Source: an uncultured candidate division Zixibacteria bacterium (GTDB taxonomy: Bacteria; Zixibacteria; MSB-5A5; GN15; FEB-12). From it: a stretch of DNA of 64,000 bases. This document shows positions 28,334-37,638 of the stretch, one piece after another. Every line of letters begins with the position of its first letter. The first letter of the stretch is position 1. The stretch lies in the NCBI GenBank assembly GCA_963806185.1, contig CAWDXE010000003.1, forward strand, positions 128,001 through 192,000, written 5' to 3'. A program made the position numbers and the translations under genes. Under the pieces are notes generated by a model. It did no database searches, was not told the DNA's origin, and saw nothing but the letters and a program-made list of their open reading frames with translations.

Positions 28334-30406
28334 TTACTCCACCTCGGCCGGCTGAGTCCGGCCAAGTATCATTTCGGCGATGAGCAGAATGACGGCGATC
28401 CAGAGGAAGATCTGCCATAATTCACGGCCGACTCGGAATCCGGCAATGACGCCGGCCATAGCCTCACCAGTCTTGAGCAGGTTGTATTTCCCGGCGCCGA
28501 GCGACTGCGAGAACTCGTCGATATCCGCGGCCACCAGATCGCACTCTGCCGGAGCGACGTTGACGGCGAAGCGATCGATCTCCTTTCCCTCGTAGCGAAG
28601 TGAGTAAATGCCGCTGGTGGGCGTAGGTGACGCATGGACGACCAGCGCGCCACCCTTTTCTTCGGGAGGAACGCTATAGACGGAGCTGTCGGGAGCGATC
28701 AGGTCAACCGGACCGCTGACTGCCTGCGTGAGGGTAAGAGATCGAGTGGCATTCTCACCCACATATTGGCGAACGTCGAGGCTCGACAGGTCTGCAGCAA
28801 GGTATTCGACCACGCGGGAAATGAAGGGGACAAAGAAGCCCTGGGTGACGAGATCGCTGTAGTCCACTCCCATCGGTCCGGCGAACGTGAGAACCTTCCC
28901 GCGACCGTAGCGCGATTCCACCAGCGCCGGACGGTCACCGGAGAAACGCATGATGATCTGACTGCCGTTCTCGACTCGCAAACGAGGCAAAGAATAGAAC
29001 TTCACGTCGGGCGGTTTGTCCGCCGCAAATTTGAAGACGGCGAAGACGGGATGCTTGAGATCGATCGAACCGATGCTATAATACCCGGCGCGGGTAATCA
29101 CAGGTGGAGCCGCTTCTTCATACGTGACCTTGCTGATTTCGGCCCAATCCCGATTCTGTGTGCTGATATCGGCGCCGGCGCCATAGGTGAGAAAGAGCGA
29201 TCTCCCCCGCTGGACGAACTGCTTCAGGCGCTCGACATACTGGTTGTCCAGTTTGGGCGCACCGGCCAGGATCACCACACTGTAATCGTCGAAATTAATC
29301 CCTGACAATTCGTCCGGCGAGCTTTGCTTCACCGACCAGTACTGACTGAGTTCCTGAGTAGGCGTCAGCGCCAGGCTGATGAATCGTCCGGATTCATCAC
29401 CATTTACAACCAGTACGTTAAACTGATCGGGGATTCGGAAACTGAAATACTGGCGATTGTCGGCGGCAAGTTTGTCGTCGGCCAGTTCGACATACCCTGA
29501 GTGGAAGCCGGTTTGGCTGACGGTGTAGGCAAAGCGGGCCGCGGCCTCCCCATTCGGCGCAATCGATACGCTGGTCTGCGACACACGACGGCCATCGAGA
29601 AAGAGCGACGCCAGCAAGTCACTCTGCTGCTCGTCACCGTAGTTCTTCAGAGTCGCCACCAACTCGAATTCACGACCGGGCTGGAGAAGCTGACCGCCGA
29701 AGTCGAGACTCACGATTCCGACATCGTCGGTTCCTTCCAGGGGAAGATCGACCACAAAGAGTTTGGCATTGCTCTCGGCCAAGGTGGGTCGCTCGGGAAG
29801 GGTGTGGCGTTGGCGATCGCTGACCACATAGATTTCGTGATTGAGGTTGGCGGCGCGGTCGAGGAGTCTGACCGCAGCCTCCAGCGCTGTCTGGGTCTGG
29901 GCGCTGCCGTTGCCCGCCGGAAGAGCGGCCAGTTGTTCCAGAGCGATGGCCGAGGAGGAAAAAGCGAGCGGAGACTGATCGCCGGTGGAATTATCCAATG
30001 CAATCAATGCAACTTCGTCGGATTGGCCGAAAGTATGGAGTAGTTCCTCAGTCCGTCTCTTGGCCAGTTCGAATAAGTTTCCGTCAGCGACCAGCCGGCT
30101 CATCGAGGCGGAATTGTCGAATAAGACAACGGCCGACACCGAGGCATGGGCGCCCACTTGACCTTCGGTACTGGTCGGACGGGCGAAGGCCAGAACGATC
30201 GAGAGAATCAACAGCATGCGCAGGATAAGCAGAAGGAGCTGGCGGATTTTGAGCCGCCGTACCTGTCGCTTCTGCATCGATTTCAGATGGCGTATCGAGG
30301 AGAACTCGACAACTTTGACGCGACGTCGGGAAAACAGGTGAATGATCAGCGGGATGAGCGCCGCAAAGGCGGCGAAGAGAGCGGTCGGCGACAGGAAGGT
30401 GAACAT
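28334..30406 (-). CDS. BatA N-terminal + VWA domain membrane protein
   Basis: IPLIIHLF.RRR...FSS...L...LLL.LR..AFARP; MIDAS DNSASM; VSD; Ig-like and GATase-like segments; C-terminal TM. Confidence 0.85.
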   Translation of the reverse strand: MFTFLSPTALFAAFAALIPLIIHLFSRRRVKVVEFSSIRHLKSMQKRQVRRLKIRQLLLLILRMLLILSIVLAFARPTSTEGQVGAHASVSAVVLFDNSASMSRLVADGNLFELAKRRTEELLHTFGQSDEVALIALDNSTGDQSPLAFSSSAIALEQLAALPAGNGSAQTQTALEAAVRLLDRAANLNHEIYVVSDRQRHTLPERPTLAESNAKLFVVDLPLEGTDDVGIVSLDFGGQLLQPGREFELVATLKNYGDEQQSDLLASLFLDGRRVSQTSVSIAPNGEAAARFAYTVSQTGFHSGYVELADDKLAADNRQYFSFRIPDQFNVLVVNGDESGRFISLALTPTQELSQYWSVKQSSPDELSGINFDDYSVVILAGAPKLDNQYVERLKQFVQRGRSLFLTYGAGADISTQNRDWAEISKVTYEEAAPPVITRAGYYSIGSIDLKHPVFAVFKFAADKPPDVKFYSLPRLRVENGSQIIMRFSGDRPALVESRYGRGKVLTFAGPMGVDYSDLVTQGFFVPFISRVVEYLAADLSSLDVRQYVGENATRSLTLTQAVSGPVDLIAPDSSVYSVPPEEKGGALVVHASPTPTSGIYSLRYEGKEIDRFAVNVAPAECDLVAADIDEFSQSLGAGKYNLLKTGEAMAGVIAGFRVGRELWQIFLWIAVILLIAEMILGRTQPAEVE

Positions 30407-30409
30407 CGC

Positions 30410-32302
30410 TTATTGCGTATACGCCTTTTCGAGGTATTCGCGTGCCTCGCGCTGGTGATAGTCGGCGGAGGCCTGCGCCAGGACCTGACCGTAATAGTCG
30501 CGCGCCAACTTGCGTTCACCACGGATGTCGGCGCATTTGCCAAGCCAGAGCGAGATCATGCCGAGATAGAACGGCCGGGTCTCGATGAACTGCGCAGTTT
30601 GCAGATAGGCATTGGCGCTGGCCGTATCGCCGAGGCCGAGATAGGCAATGCCGGACCACATTTGATCGCTGGGAGCGGGCTGGCCCGGTTTGAGGCGACT
30701 ATTGGCGAGCGCTATAGCGTCGTTGAAATACCCTAGAGCAGCTTTGCGATCGACGGCGATTTTGGATCGCATGAGAATATTTCCGAGCATGACGCGAGAC
30801 TCGACGCCGACCCCCTTATTCACGGCCACGAGCCCTGACAGCAGGGTGCGTGCAGCTTGCTGATCGCCGGTGTAAAAAGAATGGACAGCACGGTTGAACT
30901 GCAGAATCGGGTTGGCCGAGTCTTTGGCCCGGGCACGCTCGAGACTGACCAGAGCGTCAGGGAATTTACCCGCCATCATCTGATAACTTGCCAGACTGAT
31001 CCAATTGTTCGCTGAAGAGTCGCGCGTCAGAAGACGGGCTTGTGACGCCTCGGCGTCGTAGTAATTTCCAGTGACAAAATTCGAGCGAACCAATTGCTCG
31101 AGTGCATACAAGCTGTCGGCGACTGATCGCGAGAGATTGAAATACTCTTTGTTATACTGGAGCATGCCCTGATAGTCGAACATGGCTTCGGCGCGGTCGG
31201 CAAAATACGCCGCCTGTCCGGCGCGGAAGGTGAGCGTGTCGATATAATTAAGCCATTCTTTCTCAATTGTGGCCAGCGGCTTGCCGTAGGTCGATGAGAT
31301 GGCGTCGCCCAGATTGAGATCGTCGGCCCGCTTATATAGCGCGAGGAACTTGTCAATCTTGTATTGATCGAGAAGGTATTTCACGAAAGCCGCAGACGAG
31401 CGGTCGGCACGCCTCGGATCACTGGAATAGTACGCATACGTGTTGAGGATTGAATCGAGCGGCAGTAACTTCTTCTCCAACTTCATTTCCTTCGCATCAA
31501 AGATGCCGAAGGAGAGATAGTTTGCCAGACCCTCCGATAGGACCGGCGGCGCGTACCCCTGATGGCGCAGGATTGCGGCGTGAGCAACTACGAACGGATC
31601 AGCCGAATTGTATTGCTTTGTGTAGAGGACGTAGATGGCGCTTCGCGTGGGGTCGACTACGGCAGCAAAGCGCGAATCCCAGAGCACCGAATAGATGGGA
31701 CAGGGACAAAGATAGACACTGTACTTGCCGGGAAGAGTAAAATTCAAGATCGAGTTGAACCGGTCGTAGGTATCCTCCATCAATCCCTTCACCACTTGGA
31801 CATAAAACTCACCGAAGCTCTGCGGCACGGTGTAGAGATCGAGGTGGGCAGTGGGGAGAGGCGAGAAGCTTTGCCCGCTCACGCCAATGGAGCCGCACGA
31901 TGCGGTGTCGACCGACAGCCGGCGGAGCGGTGTAATGGTCAAGGTATAGCGAGTGTTGTTCTTGCCGCCCAGCCCCGAAATGCGTGCCGGCAGGCCGAAT
32001 TCACTCTGAAACTGTTTCGCAGCAGTTTGCGGCTGCGGGGCCAGCGTGACTACGTGAGCCGTGAAGGCAACCTTCTGCGAGTCTATTTGTGTGACTTCAA
32101 TATCGACAGACAGGTTATTGAGAAAGCCGACAGCGGAGACGCCCTTGACGACGGTGGCGCTGTCGACAAAGAGGAGTACGTCCTTATGGGCGGTCGTATC
32201 CTGCTGGTAGACGGCAAATTTCATGACGGCGCCATCAGCCGCAAGCGCGGCTGAACCAGGCAGCAAACAGGCGACGAGCAAACTAATTATCAATCGCATC
32301 AT
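30410..32302 (-). CDS. Exported protein with C-terminal TPR repeats
   Basis: Signal peptide; helical TPR-like repeats in the C-terminal third; central SEGLA.Y motif. Confidence 0.7.
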   Translation of the reverse strand: MMRLIISLLVACLLPGSAALAADGAVMKFAVYQQDTTAHKDVLLFVDSATVVKGVSAVGFLNNLSVDIEVTQIDSQKVAFTAHVVTLAPQPQTAAKQFQSEFGLPARISGLGGKNNTRYTLTITPLRRLSVDTASCGSIGVSGQSFSPLPTAHLDLYTVPQSFGEFYVQVVKGLMEDTYDRFNSILNFTLPGKYSVYLCPCPIYSVLWDSRFAAVVDPTRSAIYVLYTKQYNSADPFVVAHAAILRHQGYAPPVLSEGLANYLSFGIFDAKEMKLEKKLLPLDSILNTYAYYSSDPRRADRSSAAFVKYLLDQYKIDKFLALYKRADDLNLGDAISSTYGKPLATIEKEWLNYIDTLTFRAGQAAYFADRAEAMFDYQGMLQYNKEYFNLSRSVADSLYALEQLVRSNFVTGNYYDAEASQARLLTRDSSANNWISLASYQMMAGKFPDALVSLERARAKDSANPILQFNRAVHSFYTGDQQAARTLLSGLVAVNKGVGVESRVMLGNILMRSKIAVDRKAALGYFNDAIALANSRLKPGQPAPSDQMWSGIAYLGLGDTASANAYLQTAQFIETRPFYLGMISLWLGKCADIRGERKLARDYYGQVLAQASADYHQREAREYLEKAYTQ

Positions 32303-32350
32303 TTCTTATTATACCGGAAAGGGATGAAAAGGTAAACGGCAGCCGATCGA

Positions 32351-33097
32351 CTAGGCATTTTCGGCCAAGATTAATCGGCCATCGTGCAAAATCGGCAAAA
32401 CGGGTATCGAATCCACCTCGGTGGCGAGGTCGACGTCGCGGTCAAACCCGATCGAGGCCAGGAACTTGCCATGTTCACCCTGGCGGATGGCCTGTTTCAG
32501 GGCGTTGGCATTCGTGCGATACAGGAGCAGGGCCAGATTAGCGGCATCGTTCAGGGTTAGATCAAGTTTGTGCTTCGCCTGGAGGAGATGAATCAGCAGT
32601 CCGCCGCAGAGAGTGTCCTCCATGGAGAAGTTGCCTTCCCGACCGGAACAGATGATCACTGTTCCCTGATTCTCGGCGGCGACCTTCTCTGCGACCTTGG
32701 CAATATTCACCAGAGCCCCGGCAAGCACAGTGCCGGCGGAAATGGACTTGGCGAAAATCTGAGTGCCATTGGTGGTGGTCATGATAATGATCTTCCCCTT
32801 GACCACCTCGGGAGTAAACTCGCTCGGCGAGTTGCCGAGCATGAAATTGTCGATCTTGACTCCGTTGCGCTCGCCCGCCAGGATAGCCAGATCACTTCCC
32901 AGCTTGGTCCAGAGCTGACCGGCCTCGCCGGGTCCCTCAGACGGGATGACCGCCTTGGCTCCCGCTTCGAGGGCCGCACACGTAGAGGTCGAGGAACGCA
33001 AAACGTCGATAACCACGGCCGTCTTGTGCTCCAGATTGACCTTGGCCAGCGCCATGGGAGTGAGAAGCAGATCTACTTGCATAACCGTACGCATCAC
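32351..33097 (-). CDS. comB: 2-phosphosulfolactate phosphatase family protein
   Basis: VVIDVLRSSTS, LAGER.G..I..F.LGNSP.E, TTTNGT, FSMEDTLCGG. Confidence 0.9.
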   Translation of the reverse strand: MMRTVMQVDLLLTPMALAKVNLEHKTAVVIDVLRSSTSTCAALEAGAKAVIPSEGPGEAGQLWTKLGSDLAILAGERNGVKIDNFMLGNSPSEFTPEVVKGKIIIMTTTNGTQIFAKSISAGTVLAGALVNIAKVAEKVAAENQGTVIICSGREGNFSMEDTLCGGLLIHLLQAKHKLDLTLNDAANLALLLYRTNANALKQAIRQGEHGKFLASIGFDRDVDLATEVDSIPVLPILHDGRLILAENA

Positions 33098-34200
33098 CTA
33101 TGCGAAGCGTTCTTATAAAATGGCGGTTTCACGACCACGGCCGTATAGGCCTTGTCGCGAATGGCTACGCCGACAGTCGAGCCAATTTTTGACAGTTCGG
33201 CGGGCACATAACCCAGCGCGATTGGCTTCTGCAGCGAGGGAGAGACCGTGCCGGAAGTGACCGTTCCGATCTTCTTGCCATCGGCGACAATATCGTAGCC
33301 GTGACGAGGGAACGCCTTACCCTCGAGTTCAAGACAGACCAGACGCCGCTTGGGACCATCGGCCTTTTGCTTGACGATGATGTCTTTGCCGACAAAATCC
33401 TTGTCCCAACTAACGATCCATGAAAGGCCAGCTTCGACCGGGGTAGTTGTCTGATCGATGTCGTTCCCATAAAGGGCCATTTTCATTTCGAGGCGTAGGC
33501 TGTCGCGCGCGCCAAGGCCAATCAGTTCAATGCCGAGGGGCTTGCCGGCATCCATGACGGCTTTCCAGAGTCTGTCGCCGTACTGGTTCGGGATGTACAA
33601 TTCGAAGCCGTCTTCGCCCGTGTACCCAGTGCGCGAGAACAGCATTTCCACTCCGGCCACTTTCGCAGTGGCGCAAGTGTAGTATCCCATGCCTTCGAGA
33701 TTATAGTCGGTGAGCTTCGCCATCACCTTTTGGGCATTGGGGCCCTGGATGGCGAGCAGGCCGAATTCGTCGGAGCGGTTGACCAGCTTTACGTCACCGA
33801 ATTTGTGCTTGGACAGCCAATCGAAGTCTTTCTGAATATTCGAGGCATTGACGACCAGAAAGAAGCGATCCGGCAGGCGGTATACCAGCAGGTCATCGAC
33901 TATCCCACCCTCGGGATACATCATGCACGAATACTGTATTTTGCCGACTTCCAGGGAGGCTACGTTGTTTGTCGTGGTCTTCTGGAGAAAGGCGAGGGCA
34001 TCCTTGCCGGAAACTTCAAATTCGCCCATATGAGAGAGATCGAACAGACCGACATTCTGTCGGACAGCCAGGTGTTCGGCGGTGATTCCTTTGGGGTATT
34101 GAACCGGCATGTAGTAACCGGCGAAATCAACCATCTTCCCCCCCGCTTCGATATGATATTGCGTAAAGGGAGTGCGTTTAGGTTCACCGTGGCCCGACAT
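33094..34200 (-). CDS. gcvT: Glycine cleavage system aminomethyltransferase T
   Basis: DFAGY.MPVQY, EHLAVR, FDLSHMGE, SRTGYTGEDGFE, GLGARDSLRLE. Confidence 0.97.
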   Translation of the reverse strand: MSGHGEPKRTPFTQYHIEAGGKMVDFAGYYMPVQYPKGITAEHLAVRQNVGLFDLSHMGEFEVSGKDALAFLQKTTTNNVASLEVGKIQYSCMMYPEGGIVDDLLVYRLPDRFFLVVNASNIQKDFDWLSKHKFGDVKLVNRSDEFGLLAIQGPNAQKVMAKLTDYNLEGMGYYTCATAKVAGVEMLFSRTGYTGEDGFELYIPNQYGDRLWKAVMDAGKPLGIELIGLGARDSLRLEMKMALYGNDIDQTTTPVEAGLSWIVSWDKDFVGKDIIVKQKADGPKRRLVCLELEGKAFPRHGYDIVADGKKIGTVTSGTVSPSLQKPIALGYVPAELSKIGSTVGVAIRDKAYTAVVVKPPFYKNASHR

Positions 34201-34475
34201 GGAAGTTCCTTTCTCTGGTACCTCTAATTAGACCGGTAATAAAGGCCGGTCGGTGTAAAAGTCAATAACTACTTTGGTCGCATGCGGGCCTCAGAATTGC
34301 GACTAAACTTGATAGTTTTCAACGGGTTGCGGCAGGGCGTCCGCCCTCGTCGTGCGCCCCCTCACGACATGCTGTCGAGCTGACCGGCGGCAAGCTCGGC
34401 ATCTTATTCTTGACTGATCATGCTGCTCCGCGTAGGCTTTGGCAAAGCAGATTATCAACAGAGAATCGTCAGCCT

Positions 34476-35783
34476 ATGCACCGCTATTTTCGCTTTGCCG
34501 AACTCGGCACCAACTACCGTCGCGAAATCCTGGGAGGCGTCACGACCTTCTTTGCGATGGCGTATATAATCATTGTCAATCCGGCCATTCTGTCGGCTGC
34601 CGGGATTCCAAAAGAGGCTAGTATCACGGCCACTATACTTGCCGCGGCTATCGGCACACTGGTGATGGCGCTCTGGGCACGGCGGCCGTTTGCTATCGCA
34701 CCGTACATGGGAGAGAATGCCTTCATCGCCTTTACGGTGTGTGTCGGGATGGGGTACCCGTGGCAGACGGCGCTCGGAGCGATATTCGTGAGCGGGGTGG
34801 TGTTTATCATCATCACGGCCCTTCGCATTCGGGCCTGGATAACGGCGGCTGTGCCGATGTCGCTCAAGCGGGCGTTTGCGGCCGGGATTGGGCTGTTTGT
34901 GATGTTCATCGGTCTTAACGATACCGGGCTGGTGCAATTGGGAGTGGCGGGAGCACCGGTGAAGATTGGTGATTTGTCGTCGGCCGGGCCGCTGTTGGCG
35001 GTCGTGTGCGTGGTGTTGACGTCGATTCTGCTGATCCGCAAGGTGCCAGGGTCGCTGTTGATCGGCATGTTTGTCACGACCGTGATCGCGATGATCGCCA
35101 AGGTGTCGGCGCTGCCGAGCGCGTTGGTCTCCTCTCCCCCGTCGCTGGAACCGTTGTTTCTGAAGCTGGATATTGCGGGGGCGCTCAAGATCGAGTTTCT
35201 GCCGATTATCATCGTGCTGTTTATCATGGCGTTTGTGGACACGATGGGGACGTTGATCGGCCTGTCGGCGCGGGCGGGATTGCTCGATGAAAAGGGTACA
35301 TTGCCGGAGATCGAGAAGCCGATGATGGCGGACGCTATCGCGACAACCTCGGCGGCCTTGCTTGGGACCTCGACGACCGGCGCGTATATCGAGTCGGCGA
35401 CCGGGATCGAGGCGGGGGCGCGGAGCGGGTTTGCGTCGCTGGTGACGGCCGGGATGTTTGTGCTTTGCCTGTTTTTTGCGCCGCTGTTTGGGGCGGTGCC
35501 GGCGGTGGCGTACGGTGCGGCGCTGGTGGTGGTGGGATTCCTGATGCTGGCGCCGATTCGCGATCTTCCGTTTGACGATTACACGGAGCTGTTTCCGGCG
35601 ATGGCGACGACCGTGCTGATGGCGTTCACCTACAATATCGGCTTTGGCATTGCGGCAGGGTTGGTGTTGTACCCGATACTCAAGTTAGTTTCGGGGCGGG
35701 TGCGCGAGGTAAGCGCGGGGGCGTGGGTGCTGTTCGCGATGGCGGCGGTGTTGTTTGCAGTGTATCCGTATGGGAGGGGGTGA
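34476..35783 (+). CDS. NCS2/AzgA-type purine permease
   Basis: EILGGVTTF.AMAYII.VNP.IL, APYMGENAF, YIESA.GI.AGARSG. Confidence 0.92.
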   Translation: MHRYFRFAELGTNYRREILGGVTTFFAMAYIIIVNPAILSAAGIPKEASITATILAAAIGTLVMALWARRPFAIAPYMGENAFIAFTVCVGMGYPWQTALGAIFVSGVVFIIITALRIRAWITAAVPMSLKRAFAAGIGLFVMFIGLNDTGLVQLGVAGAPVKIGDLSSAGPLLAVVCVVLTSILLIRKVPGSLLIGMFVTTVIAMIAKVSALPSALVSSPPSLEPLFLKLDIAGALKIEFLPIIIVLFIMAFVDTMGTLIGLSARAGLLDEKGTLPEIEKPMMADAIATTSAALLGTSTTGAYIESATGIEAGARSGFASLVTAGMFVLCLFFAPLFGAVPAVAYGAALVVVGFLMLAPIRDLPFDDYTELFPAMATTVLMAFTYNIGFGIAAGLVLYPILKLVSGRVREVSAGAWVLFAMAAVLFAVYPYGRG

Positions 35784-35786
35784 GAA

Positions 35787-36326
35787 TCAATTCTTTGAGT
35801 TCGGCTGGTAAGGGTAGGACAACAAGACGGAATCAAAGGCGATAGTAGCTCCGTCACGTGACTGAAAGTGTCCGAGGTGAAGCCAACACCGGTAAAGAGG
35901 TTCGATGCCGCCCCTGTGAGTGCTCCCCCAAAAGCGGACGGATTCCCTTGGCGGAACGGTAACACTGCTCAATGACGTCCGATTTCCGTCACGCCAATCA
36001 TAAAAAGAAAACGTCAGCTGTTCATCTTGTTCGCTCACATAGAGTGATGCAAGATCGTATTCCCATGCTTCGCTACGTAAATTACTGGCTCGGATCGCTA
36101 TTGACAGATCTCCAGGCTTCGGCTTCTGACCTGGCGAATAGTCCTTTGGACTCCTCACAACACTAAACTCCAAGCGAATCCCGTCCAGCTCTCTGACATA
36201 TCCTTTGTCGAAATTGTCAAGGCTCGAAAGACGTTCATCGGGGATACGATAATAGATACTGCCCGGTATGCATGAGGTGAGGCAGATGAGAATGAATAGA
36301 AACGCCAAAGCGACTCTCAAAGACAA
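35787..36326 (-). CDS. Hypothetical lipoprotein
   Basis: Lipobox LTSC; AGGA RBS before TTG start; visibly more AT-rich than its neighbours. Confidence 0.6.
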   Translation of the reverse strand: MSLRVALAFLFILICLTSCIPGSIYYRIPDERLSSLDNFDKGYVRELDGIRLEFSVVRSPKDYSPGQKPKPGDLSIAIRASNLRSEAWEYDLASLYVSEQDEQLTFSFYDWRDGNRTSLSSVTVPPRESVRFWGSTHRGGIEPLYRCWLHLGHFQSRDGATIAFDSVLLSYPYQPNSKN

Positions 36327-36440
36327 ATCCTTCTGCTCCCAAGCTTATGGTTATGGATCAAGGTGCATAACCACCATAAAATAGAACGCGTCCGGTCTCA
36401 AAACCTGACGGCACTGCGTTCGAACCATTGGCGGCTATAC

Positions 36441-37473
36441 TCACCCCTTGTATATCGTCTTCCCCATCGCTCTTGAGGTCCTTGCAGGCTTTCGTCACGC
36501 GGGCGGCCATGTTCTCCTCGGCCTTTTTCAGATAGCTGCGCGGATCGAACAACTTCTTGTCGGCGACGTCGTCCTTCGTGTGCGTCAGACGGGCGCGGTT
36601 CTTGTCGACGTGCGCCACGATCGCCTCGGTGAAAGCGTACTGCGTGTCGGTGTCGACATTCATCTTCACCACGCCGTAGCCAAGAGTCTCGTGGATGTCG
36701 CGCAGTTCGGAGCCGGAACCGCCGTGGAACACGAGATCAAAGTAGGCTTTCTGGCCGAACTGCTTGACGACCGCATCCTGACCGTCTTTGAGGATCGTCG
36801 GTTTCAGCACCACGTTGCCCGGTTTGTAGACGCCGTGGACGTTGCCGAAGGTGGCCGCCAGCATGTACCGTCCGCCGAGCGGCGACAGCGCCTTGTACAC
36901 GCCCACCATATCCTCGGGAGTGGTGTACAGTTTTGAGGCGTGCACGCCGGAATTGTCGAGGCCGTCCTCTTCCCCGCCGACGACGCCGGTTTCGACTTCG
37001 AGAATGATCTCGTTCTCTTTGCACAGGCGAAGCAGTTCGACGGCGATCTTCATGTTGTCGGCCAGCGGAAGTTCGGAACCGTCGAACATGTGCGAATGAA
37101 ACAGGTTGGTCATCCCGGCCTTGCGGCGACGGGCAGTTTCAGCTATGAGCGGCTTGAGGAAACCGTCGACCTTTTTGGGCGGGCAATGGTCGGTGTGGAG
37201 CGCGATATAGACCGGGTATTTCTCGGCCATCCGGTGGACATGTTCGGCAATCGTGATCGAGCCGATGACCAGATCTTTCAGGGCAAGGCCGGAGGCAAAC
37301 TCGCCGCCGCCGGTGGAGAGCTGGATGATACCGTCGGACTTGGCGTCGAGAAACCCCTTGAGGGCGGCGTTGGCCGTCTCGGTGGAGGTCACGTTTATGG
37401 CCGGGAAGGCATAGCCGCCGCTGCGGGCGGAGTCGAGCATTTTGGCGTAAAGTTGAGGTGTTACGAGAGGCAT
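36441..37473 (-). CDS. fbaA: Class II fructose-bisphosphate aldolase (+1 frameshift in the last codons, near 36462)
   Basis: FPAINV, ALHTDHC, SHMFDGS, GGEEDG, ATFGNVHGVYKPG, VFHGGSG, KMNVDTD. Removing one G from GGGG gives ...SDGKTIYKG* ending at 36441. Confidence 0.93.
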
Positions 37474-37577
37474 CTGTCTATCTCCAGTAATTGGCGTTAA
37501 ATATCAATTGCATGGGAAAATGATGTTTACACTTGGCGCAATGTCAAGCGGTTTGGGGCAGGCGGATTTCGAGGGTA

Positions 37578-37617
37578 AGTGCAGAAGCCTCGTCCGAGAA
37601 TGGCGAGGCTTCACACT
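37578..37617 (-). terminator. Hairpin after acnA
   Basis: GAAGCCTCG...CGAGGCTTC inverted repeat; weak U tract. Confidence 0.5.
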
Positions 37618-37638
37618 CACGAGAGTTGTCTTATGATC

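Noticed and set aside
34201..34475. Glycine or purine riboswitch between gcvT and the NCS2 permease
   Set aside because: No glycine or purine aptamer consensus was seen, only short generic hairpins.
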